DNA of 64,000 bases, taken from positions 2,586,579-2,650,578 of the forward strand of contig BFEA01000004.1 of assembly GCA_003427395.1 (NCBI GenBank), read 5' to 3'. Under the pieces are notes generated by a model. It was not told the origin of the DNA and made no database searches. It saw nothing but the letters and a program-made list of their open reading frames with translations. Of this stretch, positions 39,353 through 49,800 are shown piece after piece. The first letter of the stretch is position 1; each line of letters opens with the position of its first letter. A program made the translations under genes and the position numbers. The DNA is from Chara braunii. Its lineage: Eukaryota > Plantae > Charophyceae.

Positions 39353-40114
39353 CAGGGTCACCAGCCCGTACGTACGAAGGTCCCCGGGCAGACCTCCGTA
39401 CGTATGGGCGTTCAGGGTCCCGTACGGGGTTTGAACCCGACGGCTATCGGCCCCCGTCAAAAATTATTTCGGGGCCTAAAAATAATATTTTTTTTCTGAA
39501 TTTTCTTTTGGGAGTTCTCTATGATGTGAGGTACATGCCTGTAAATTTTCAAGTCATTTGGCTAAGGCCGATAAGAATTAAAAATAGCCAAAGATGGGGG
39601 TGTCAAAACGTGCTCGTCCACGTATTTTTTCACTTCCTACTTTTTGTTTTCACTTTAGGGGTCTAAACTATTTTATTATTTTTTGAAACTTTTTTAGTGG
39701 GTTTTGTATTATGTGAAGTACACATCTGTAAATTTTCAGGGCATTTAGGTTTGCCCAAAAAAAAAGAAAAATCGCCAAAGATGGTGGTGTTGACAACATG
39801 TTCGTACACTCACTAAATTTAATTCTCTTTTTATTTTTATTTATTTTTGTTATTGGTATTTGTTTTCCATATTTTATTTTTATTTCGAATTTGGTAATCA
39901 ATTCGGATGTAATGCTCAGGCAAATCTTGTTTAATTTATTTATTTTTCTCCATAACATTTTTTTTTTTCATATTTTTTTGATGACTTTTTTTTTTTTTTT
40001 TTTTTTTTTTGGGCCGGCGTTCGGGCCGAACAGCCGAATGCATCCCTAAGGGGTCCCATACGTTCGGGCGTTCGGGTTTGGGCGTTCGGCCCGTCCCGAA
40101 CGTGTGTTACCCTG
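39353..40114. mobile_element. Non-autonomous hAT-type element inserted in a NUMT
   Basis: TIR CAGGGTCAC/GTTACCCTG, perfect 8-bp TSD GCCATAAT, CGTACG/GTTCGG subterminal repeats. Confidence 0.88.
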
Positions 40115-40130
40115 GCCATAATAAAAAAAC

Positions 40131-40178
40131 AGAGTTTGATCCTGGCTCAGAATGAATGCTAACACATGCAAGTTGAAC
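40131..40178 (+). pseudogene. NUMT: 5' fragment of organellar SSU rRNA
   Basis: AGAGTTTGATCCTGGCTCAG...TAACACATGCAAGT with an internal deletion. Confidence 0.8.
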
Positions 40179-40179
40179 G

Positions 40180-40570
40180 TTGACCTTTGGATGCTAAATG
40201 TGCATAGGCTGGCAACCGCAACCCCCGAAAAGCACCACACAATATGTGATCAGTTCCGAGAGGTAGGGGGAAGGACCTGGCCAGATGTCATCTATGTACA
40301 AGAGATGCACCTGATGGACATACCAGACAATTCTGGGTTCATGCATCCATGCCGACCAGTGCTGGGGTAGCCACCTGGCTCCCCCCTGACACAAGAGTGG
40401 AGCCAGTTCAATGGACTGCGGACAAGGACACTGGGTGACCATCCTTGCAATACTTGAATTGGAGGTAGTAGGCATCATTTGCGGGGGTCGGGTAGACCCC
40501 TACCTCGGCTTGGGCCCCGGGGATCTCCGCGTGACAACCTTGCACGCAATTATAGGACCGCAATAACTCT
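40180..40570 (+). mobile_element. LINE apurinic endonuclease N-terminal fragment
   Basis: MLNVHRL...PDVIYVQEMH resembles the APE motifs NVRGL and DIIxLQETH. Confidence 0.65.
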
Positions 40571-40574
40571 TCAC

Positions 40575-42450
40575 CTTCGCGGAACATAGATGCCACGGTC
40601 TGAAAATCAGAAGTGAGTTGTACAGACAGAACAGACTGAAAATCAGAAGTGAGCTGTACAGACAGAGAACAGGGGGAGCGAGGTAAGCGGCCGGGGGTGC
40701 GGCGGGGGGGGTGGGGGGGGGGATCGACCCCCCCCCCCGCCTCTCTGATTCCATTATAGAGGCGGGGAAGGGGCGCCCCAAACGCTCCGACCTCAGGAAA
40801 ACCCCGGGGATCGATGGGGGCGGGGGAGCGAATNCGTGTTTGGAATGACTCGGTCGGTTGGTGCTTGGAGTGCCTGCGTCGTTTGGCGCTTGAGTCGCCC
40901 GGTCTGTAGGTGTTTGGAGCAGCTAGGTCAGAAGGTGCTTGGGGGGGGGGGGGGGGGGGGGGGTTGGGGGGGGTGCAGGGTTGGGCATCGGGAGGTGCGG
41001 GAGCAGGTCTATTTGGAGGTAAGGGATGTAAAAGTCGTTCATAGGCCTTCTCATCCAGGTCTGTTCTGAGGACCTCCAGGGCTGCCATAGGATGTTTAAT
41101 TTTGCATCCGATTCGCTGAACAGGCTGCAGGGGTCCTTCCACGTTTGGTTGTAGGAGTTGATGATGGCAGCTCTGGTCTGTTGTTCCTTTTCCCCCTGTG
41201 GGCTGGTTACATGGTTTTCCAGGCTTCGTGGGTGTGGGATCCGATAACCGCCTCCAGCGCCTGCGGGGCTTACTGAAAGCCAAACTGGTGGTTTTGCCGT
41301 TGAACTTGAAACGAGCACCTTGCTTGCTAGACCAGCATCAGCACATAGCGGGACCAATGGGCCAGTTGGTGGAGGTCCTTTCCCAACAGCACTAGGTCGA
41401 GTGCCCACGGGATGTGGTGTGTTATTAGGGAGTGGAAGGTGGCATCCCACCACTGCCAGATTCGGGTGACCATTGGGCATGGCAGGAGGTAGTGCTCCAA
41501 GGGCGCACAGGTCCGGGGGTAAGCCTTGCCACAGTAGCCGCATATGGGAAAGAGCTGGCCTTTGTGTTCCAAGTCGGTTTCGGACAAAAGCTAGTCCGGT
41601 GTGGGGAGGCATCAGTGCAGGATGTGCCATTGCAGCGAGCGGAGGTTAGTGGGAATTAGTTTGACACATTGGGGGCAGGGGAATTTTCGCTGGAGGGTCG
41701 GGTCTATGGGGGAGTCCAGAGCCCATCTCACGGTTATGGTTTGCCTAACAGGAGTGTCGGTCTCGAATCCCCCCCCTTGATTGGTGTAATCTAATGTATG
41801 CATGGGTTTCACGCTTGCCCATTCCATACCTGACACGGAACGCCGACCTAGGCTATCATGAAAACCCGAAAAGTCTGATGAATATGAGAGTGGTGGAGAT
41901 CAGGAGGGTCTCTTCACCGATGAACCCTCAACATCGATCGAGGCCCTACCTTTTGATCTGGCTAAGTATCAATCTCGCCCCTGGCAGGTCGGGTTCGTGG
42001 GCCTCCAGAGTGCAATCTCTCTGGTTGCTTCTTTGCACCCTGTAGATCACCAAAGGCAGGGCCAGGTCTCCAAGCTCGACCACCTAGTATGTGTGCTGCA
42101 CATTTGGTCCTTTTCTCAGGGCAAATTGTTAGACGAGAGGGACGACCCTTCGAATGTGTTGCAGTTTATCGTCCATATTTTTTGAATATCTAAGGTGTTC
42201 TTGAACTTAAACAAGTGTGACCCAATCCTCGGTCCGTGGATTCCACAAACTCCCAATCGTGTATAAACCTTTTTTTACTGAGGTAAGTCATATCGAGTGT
42301 GACGTCAGCGGGAAGAGTTTGTCTACCTTGTCCAATATGCGGGGGTTGTCAAACAGCGGTTGACACCAGATGTCGTGCCACCTGTTAGGAGGTTGTTTTT
42401 GCTTGGCCCAACTCGCCTCCAAAGGTCGATCATGTATGGCCACATCGGGT
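40575..42450 (-). mobile_element. Degenerate L1/Tx1-type LINE 3' portion
   Basis: QPLFDNPRI..GLYTIGSLWN, LRSLQWHILH, CGYC..HYLLPC finger. Confidence 0.8.
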
Positions 42451-42922
42451 CGTTAACACAAAATTTTATTTTATTTTTTTTAGAGTGCTTGTTTTAATAA
42501 TCATCAAATATGTATTTATGTATTTGTTTTGTTTGTTTTTGTGTCATCTTATATCCACTAATGAATCAAATCAATAATTGTGTGACCTTTTGTCGTTCCA
42601 TTTCAATACAACGAATTAGGGAAGGTTTTAAGCAAAACACACGNACCGAGGGCGGAGCTTGAAGTTTCATATCATGACTAAACCTCAATTTCAAGATAAG
42701 TATGGAGCTCTATGGATTAGTACTAGCTTTATATACAACACCTCGACAACCAGCGAAGCTGTTTTTATTTGCGTAATTATACCTATTCTGGATAAATCAA
42801 ATCATATTTGATCTGACTTACGGAAAATTCATAACCCTTAAAATTCACAAATCTCATTGGTTGAAAAAACTCATAGACTTTTTGGCTTTCTATGAAACAA
42901 AATTACCTACGTTCAATGGGAA

Positions 42923-43905
42923 AAATGAGTGTATCCCAAGTGATCAACAGAAAGGTACCAGAAAACAATACTCCATCACTTGTTTTTCGAAGTGATTGCT
43001 TTCTTCTCATAATCGATATTGATATTTGTTCTTTCTTATGGTATGAATTTAATTCAAATGTTTGTGTAACCTAAGATTCCAATAAATTAGTTCACCACCA
43101 AATGGACTCTTGGTGGAAAGGACCACTTCATATTTATAACTTTTTTTAATCAAACTTAATCGAATGAGATTGAACTGGCGCCGCTGGCACTTCGTGGCCT
43201 TGGACATGTAAGAGTCATACAAAACCCCATTGTCTCAGTATTTCTTAGTATGAAAACCAAGTCAAGTTTGATTCTTAGGGAAGTACTTATGACATTGGTT
43301 TGCTAATCAACATACAACAAGATTGTATCATGGGTTCAAATCTTATTTCCTCCGTTCCGTGGGCGGCAGAGTTTTTCAAAGTGGACACGATATGTCGTGC
43401 CACCTGTTAGGAAATTGGTTTTGCTTCGGCCCAACCCGAGAAATAAGTGTATCCCAAGTGATCAAAAGAATGGCACCAGAAAACAACACTCCATCACTTG
43501 TTTTTCGAAGTGGTCGCTTTCTTTTCATAATCGATAATGATATTTGTTATTTCTTATAGTATGGATTTAATTCAAATGTTTCTGTAACCTAAGACTTCAA
43601 TAAAGTAGATCACCACCAAATTGACTCTTGGTGGAATGGACCACTTCGTGTTTGCAACTTTTTTTAATCAAACTCAATCAAATTAAATTGAACTGGCGCC
43701 GCTGCCACTTCGTGGCCTTAGACGTGTAAGAGGCATACAAAACTCAATTGTTTCGGTATTTCTTATCGTGAAAACCAAGTCAAGTTTGATTCGCAGGGAA
43801 GTACTTATGGCATTCGTTTGCTAAATCAACATACAACAAGATTGTATTATGGGTTTAAATCTCATTTTCTCCGTTCCGTGGAGGGCGTAGTTTTTGAAAG
43901 TGGAA
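42923..43905 (-). pseudogene. Tandemly duplicated fragment of a group II intron maturase C-terminal region
   Basis: Two ~465 bp copies; reverse translation KSPFGGELIYWNLRL / KSQFGGDLLY*SLRL resembles KSPFDGDWxYWSxR. Confidence 0.55.
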
Positions 43906-44571
43906 ACATTTGTATAAGTACACAGTTGGAATTAAAAAAACAGTAATAATTCGTTGAAGAAACCAATGTGCCAATTTTTCTCTATTAACTTTCATTTGTG
44001 AAACGACACCGTAAAAATAGGGAAAATTTTTATTTTATCCACATAAGAGTTTATGCTCAATGGATTATTGGAATCATATGGATGTAACGCAACAATATGA
44101 ATAATACTAGCACCTGCAATTATAAAAGGAAGTAAATAGATCATGATATAACTTAATTATTTTATTTTGTTACTACTGTTTTAAAGTCACCTTTGGTTGG
44201 TTTTCCCCAAGGAAAAACGAAAGATTTCTATTTTACGTGAGCAACGCAGACGTTTAGAGTCTGGAAAAAGAAGAAATAAAAATCAGAATGAGTGAATTCG
44301 TTCTATGTGACATTTTACGATTAAGCGTGCTAAGTTCAAAAAAAAAAATACTTTATAATGAAGAAATTATAGTAACTTGGTTTGGGTGCTATAGCTGGTG
44401 TTTATTCAGTCATTTCATTTCGGTTGAATTCTTGGACATTCTTTCTAAACATTGTTGTTTTTTTATTTAGTTTTTTTGTTTTGTTTTTTGTTCATTCGGG
44501 ATAACTTGCATCTGTTCATAGCTTCGCCACAGATTCGCAATGAGGAATTTTTTTATCTGTTATTTTAGAGG

Positions 44572-44747
44572 GAAGTCTCTTAAAATTTGGAATTATGATT
44601 TTTTAAGATTTTAATACCAATGTTTTTAGAAGTTACTCTTTATTTCACTCCTTTCATTTATACTTTTAATGTGATTGCTATAATATATACTTCCTTAACT
44701 ATATTAAGACAAATCAATTTGAAAAAAATTATTGCGTATTTTTCAGT
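44572..44747 (+). pseudogene. nad4: NUMT: nad4 fragment
   Basis: IPMFLEVTLYFTPFIYTFNVIAIIYTSLTILRQINLKKIIAYFSV. Confidence 0.92.
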
Positions 44748-46704
44748 AAAAGGAGGGGTTGAAAATGCCACGGGTTTTTGCATTGTAAAATGCAAGTATA
44801 TTTGCGTGTTCCATCGGGATCATAATTTTTATTGGCACAGGAAGGATATAACCTTTGTGAGTGCGTTTTACAAATTCATACTTCTTAAGTTGTTCTACAA
44901 ACTTCTTGATAGGGGTTTGGTGGAGAACAAGTCTCGGGTGTATCCTTCTTTGGCTTCCTTTTTCGTGCGCTTTGCGTCTAACCCATAAAAGAAAATTCCC
45001 TTAAGTGGATATGTGGAAGTACGATACGACGACTCAGAGAAACATGTGATTTTTTAGCCTATTGAAATGACTCAAGAATTTCGTTAGACAGAAAACCCCA
45101 AGAAGCATCAAACATTTCTGACAAAATCCATGGTGCGAATTTGATATAACAAGTACCGACTCCCAGTGCAACCTCATAAAAAGTTATGAAACATAGACCT
45201 TAAGAAATTGAAACACAAGCGGTTGTTATGGTGTTGGATCCTGAGTCTTTATTGTTTTGTCTTTTGTTTGCAAAATCGCAACGAAGTTGCTTTGACTGTT
45301 GCCCCTCTTATGATTCACAAATGGATTGCTTTATTTTTCTCTGCTTTTTATGTTTAACCATGTTGAAGGAACTTGGTCAAAATGAGTCCGTAACTTCAGG
45401 AGGAGTGCTTACTTACAGTCGCTGACTAAGGACCTCCGGGAGAGCTGTATGCGAGAAATCTTGCACATACTGTTTGGGAAAGACTCTCTGATGCCTATCT
45501 ATATATGAAGGCGTCGGTTATGATATTTCACTCAAAGATTTAGTAGGTTGGGTAGTCTTTGCAATATTTTTTTTTATTTTTTTTTAATGCACCTAATATA
45601 GAGTATCATCCATAGAAAACGACCATATGCTCGACCGAACCAACCAACCGGATTGGAATCCTTCCTTCTGGCATATAAATATGGAATACATACCTTTATC
45701 ATTTGTAGCAATTATATGGTCTTAATATATGGATCAAATACATTTCGTCCCATATTTTGGCTTGGAAGTCTTTCTATATTTTTGACTTCTTATTATTTTT
45801 TGCGTTGACTTTTTTTCTCACTTTTCTTGCTCCAACCAATACCTTTAAGCGAGGCATCGAAAGATGTCATAATGCTCCTACTCTGATGGCAATCCCTTTA
45901 ATACTTTGATTCGTTTACGCCACGATGAAGTTAGACTAGTGAGCTACTACGCTGTCGGGGCAGAAACCCTGACAAGGGTATCTGCATTGTATTTTCAATG
46001 TCGAACGAAGTTCGAATCTTGATGTAAGTCTCTGGGAATTGGTCTGATGAAAACGAGACGTGCTTATGGAAAGTTTTGACTTGTCTGCAATCTCCGACGA
46101 GATCGGAGGGATGCGCAGTCGTGGAAATAATAAAATTAGACCTATTCTATCTAAAAATAATGTCGCGCGGCTGCTACGGCCTAAGTGGCTAAAGAGAGAG
46201 TTGCGCCAGGGTATGGGGCCACGACGCAGCAAGCGTACGAAGTTTTTTGTTTTCTTTAGGGCCGCGGGGTCTGATTTCGAGCCTGGGGGCCGATAGGCAA
46301 ATGCCAAGGGTTACCCAGTTCGATAGCCGACCAAGCCGCGGATACGCGGCTAACCGGTATGGGTAGGCCGCAAGCTGAGTAAGCCGGCAAGCCACAGGTT
46401 GGGCAAGCCGGTAGGCCACAACTGGGGCAGGCCTGCTAGGCCACAGGCAGCCGGCACCTGAAAGGCTGAGGCAGGGAAGGTACCTGGGCAAGCTTTTCAT
46501 ATTGAAGAGCTGCTCCTGTTCAATCTGGAACAGGAACTAGCCCAGTAGGTACGTACATGACTCTCACCCTGCTGATATAGGGATTGAATCTAACTCGTGG
46601 TACCGCAGGGCTAGCTCCTTTTGGAGCTCCCCGTTTTTTTTTTAGAGGCGCGGTCGACCTAGGCCGCCCGATCATGAAGATCACGCGGTCCAGATTGGCG
46701 TGTG

Positions 46705-46770
46705 AGATTAGCATGGCCCCTGCGCAAGGATGACACGCATAAATCGAGAAATAGTCCAAATTTTTTTTTT
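46705..46770 (+). ncRNA. U6: 3' half of U6 snRNA (AGC triad, ISL, 3' tail, oligo-T) lacking the 5' stem and ACAGAGA box
   Basis: AGATTAGCATGGCCCCTGCGCAAGGATGACACGCATAAATCGAGAAATAGTCCAAATTTT, essentially plant U6 from ~nt 43 on. Confidence 0.95.
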
Positions 46771-47135
46771 CGAGTCCATCTGGACTCGAACTCGGATCTG
46801 CATTTCAACAGCTCGTGGGTGAACCCACGAACGCAGCACGATCTTTGGCAAAACGGAAACCTGAAAAAAATAAATAATAAAATCTAAATTAACTACAATG
46901 CCAGATGGCGCTTAGCGAAGAGATTGGGGACTTACAGTCCCCATAGAGGACAGTAGGTGCCCGTTTTCATCGGGCAACCGTTTTTTAGTAAACGTAAGTT
47001 CTTTTATTTTTTTATTTTTTTTCTTTTCCTTAGATTTTGTTCTAGATTCTTTTTAGATTTTTTTTTTTTTTTTTTTCAAGATTCTGTTTTGTCTGCCAGG
47101 GCGCCCGTTCGTTTTTGACGAACGGACGAAACCGG

Positions 47136-47196
47136 GGCAGGCTGTTTCGTTGGAGTTTCACCAACTCATCAGGAGGCTGAACCTCGACAGTCAGCC
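47136..47196 (-). ncRNA. Type III hammerhead ribozyme, tandem copy A
   Basis: Reverse complement GACUG-UC^GAGG-UUCAG-CCUC-CUGAUGA-GUUGG-UGAAACU-CCAAC-GAAA-CAG. Confidence 0.88.
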
Positions 47197-47280
47197 TCTA
47201 CGCCTGTATCCGACGCCAATAATGACCAGGTACAGGCGCGCGCGAGAGAGAAGAGTTGGAGAGAGAGGGGGTAAGGGACA

Positions 47281-47345
47281 GTGGCAAGCTGTTTCGTCGG
47301 ATTCTCACCGACTCATCAGGAGGTTGGACCTCGACAATCTACCAC
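47281..47345 (-). ncRNA. Type III hammerhead ribozyme, tandem copy B
   Basis: Reverse complement GUGGUAGAUUG-UC^GAGG-UCCAA-CCUC-CUGAUGA-GUCGG-UGAGAAU-CCGAC-GAAA-CAGCUUGCCAC. Confidence 0.9.
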
Positions 47346-47382
47346 TGCGCCCGAATCGGGCGCTGGAAGTGGCCAGACTCAG

Positions 47383-47446
<64 letters not shown>

Positions 47447-49434
47447 CCTACCTACCTACCTACCTGCCTACCTCAGGTTGGCCCTTCATCTTAAAAAGCA
47501 ACCTTAGGATGAGCAAACTCGAGTGAATCTACTCCAAGGACGACGGGAGATTCACTCTACAGGTAGGCAAGGTAAGTTTTTTTTTTTTTTATTTTTTTNN
47601 NNNNNNNNNNNNNNNNNNNNNNNNNNNNNNNNNNNNNNNNNNNNNNNNNNNNNNNNNNNNNNNNNNNNNNNNNNNNNNNNNNNNNNNNNNNNNNNNNNNN
47701 NNNNNNNNNNNNNNNNNNNNNNNNNNNNNNNNNNNNNNNNNNNNNNNNNNNNNNNNNNNNNNNNNNNNNNNNNNNNNNNNNNNNNNAAAAAAAAGAACGA
47801 AAACAAAAACGAGGGAACTGCGCCTCGTGAGACCAAAAAGAAAGAGTCTTTTGACTGTGTGGCAGCAAGAAGAGCTACCACTTCAATTTTGGAAGATTGG
47901 CTGTGGCCGCGAGATCTTAGAACTCACGGCTCACAGCCTGCGCGTGTGGGAAAGGGGACTGAGGGAGGTAGAGGGAGAAAACGGGGTAGTTGGGAGGAGG
48001 AGGTCCTACTCCTCCCAACCTGCCAACTGTCCTCCCCGTTTTCAGGGGAGGGTAGAGGGAAATAAGGGAAGGCGGTTGCATGCAATAGCACGAACCTGGC
48101 TGAGGTAAAAGCCAGGTTCAGTAGGAATTAGAAAATTCATTTTTTCTTTTTCTTTTCTTTATTTCTTGTGAGGACACTTGTCCCAACGTGGTGCTACCTC
48201 TGGCACAAGCTGCCAGAGGTAACTGTAAGGCTCCCGTTTTTTAAGGGAGCCTGAAAATTAAAGGGTCACTAAGGAAAAGGCTAAATACAGTTTTTTCCTC
48301 GATGTATCTGCCCTGGAAAATGGGTCAAGATGCATAAAACTGTAAAGGGCTGTATCTCTCCAACCCCTTATCAGAAAAAGAAAAGAAAACCTTTGGTGAC
48401 GACTGGGTACGAGAACCTTCTCGTTAGGAGAGCGTAAAATTTATACGGTCTTCTTGGGTGTACCGTTAAAACTTCACTTAAGGTCAGTTAAAGTGACTTT
48501 GTTCCCTTCACACCTGAGTGAACCCACACTTGCTTTGACCTGTTTTTACTGAATGTTCATTGAAAAAGGGAAGAGAATGTGTGTGTTTGCGTGCATGACA
48601 GGGAGTTTGACAATGGAAAAGGATTGCATGGTGGTCTGTGTGTCGTTGAGTTTTGACTGCAGGTACGGCGTGTGGGCTGAAATGGATGATGGTGATGATG
48701 GTGAAAGGATGATTGTCTTCTCATCTCTATGCTTATGGATGTGTGTAAACTAAAGTGAAAAGAAGACGACGAAAAATAAGCGACCACAAAGAAGCGAAAC
48801 CTGGATGCACATAGATTTTTTCCCAAGGTCACTTATTCTTGCCCGAATGACCTATTTGTTTATGCCCGTCTGTCTAAATGACTTTCTCTTCTATGACCTT
48901 TCTTTCTTTCGTCTAAGTTGCTCTTGACGTCAGGCGGCAAGGATTTGCTCGTCTGCCGGGTAGGTGTTTTTTCTTATTTCTAGGAGGCATCTGGGGCGGG
49001 GGTTCGTTGCCATAGGGGCTGGCCCTGTTATCGACTCAGAGTGGACCGCTTTACGGGGGGGTACCATGCCGATTCGGTGGATATGGTCCGACTTCTGATA
49101 TCCGAGTCTTGTGCTCGGGCGAGGAGGAGTATCCCAGACCACTTCCTAAGGGGAAGGACAAAAGTGTCTGCACGGACGGACTTAAGGTTCTTGGTGCCTT
49201 ACATAAGGAGGAACTGCCATAGCATTATTTTGGTGGCCATTTTAGGAGCCACTGACGTATGGGGAACTAGTGCCACAAGCAGCCCAGTTTGTGTCCTACT
49301 AGCCAAACGGGGTGTATTTAGACGATCCAGACGTGGCTGGCCGTGCCATAAGAAGCACGGGCCAGAAGGAAGACAAATGTTTTAAGTGATACTTAGTTTT
49401 AACTTGATCACATTCGTCTTCCTTTTTCTTTCAG

Positions 49435-49800
49435 ATGACTGCGGGATCCATGGACTTATTCATTTTCTACGACCGCAATTCGGCGGCCGAAAGGGTTGAA
49501 ATCCAAAGGCGTAATGGAGAAAGAGTAGAAAGGATAGGCCGACTTGTTTATAACCCATCAAAGTTGTACTCAGAGGAGGACGTTCCGCGGTTTTGGGATG
49601 GCAGTGCGCAGAGACCCCTTAGACGGCTTATTTTCAGGAGACTGACCGGCTTGGATGTTATTCACTACGAGTTCGCGCCGCCATTGCCGGAACGTCACTA
49701 CGTTGATATGAACTTGGTGATATTGCAGTCATACGAACTCAATCCACGGGTGGACGAGATCCCTGAAATAAGGTTGACGTTCGTTCGTTACGTGCTTTGA
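49435..49800 (+). CDS. Unknown accessory ORF (121 aa, probably longer before decay) inside the putative LTR
   Basis: ATG directly after CTTCCTTTTTCTTTCAG; globular-looking composition; coding-like sequence continues to ~50430. Confidence 0.4.
   Translation: MTAGSMDLFIFYDRNSAAERVEIQRRNGERVERIGRLVYNPSKLYSEEDVPRFWDGSAQRPLRRLIFRRLTGLDVIHYEFAPPLPERHYVDMNLVILQSYELNPRVDEIPEIRLTFVRYVL

Larger units (their letters stand above)
42450..45952. other. Mosaic NUMT cluster 1 (maturase, cob, atp4, ccmFN, nad4, nad5, LSU rRNA and group II domain V pieces)
   Basis: AT-rich; cob YLLPFIIAGASIIH (44055-44138, -), atp4 SSKK..YNEEIIV (~44320), ccmFN LASVHSFATD (~44500), nad5 FYEVALG (45132-45228, -), rnl pieces ~45365 and ~45936, DV-like GAGCTGTATGC..GCACATACTGTT ~45442. 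Confidence 0.85.

Noticed and set aside
40131-40178. Bacterial 16S gene or contamination
   Set aside because: Only ~48 bp, decayed, and contiguous with mitochondrial trnP sequence once the MITE is removed
46705-46770. Exon 2 of an intron-split U6 gene
   Set aside because: No U6 5' exon found upstream and no pyrimidine-rich acceptor
46901-46925. CA-GA-TGGCGCTTAGCG as LTR end plus PBS
   Set aside because: No convincing tRNA match; 51416/51419 is much better supported (Asp PBS plus homology to a second LTR end)
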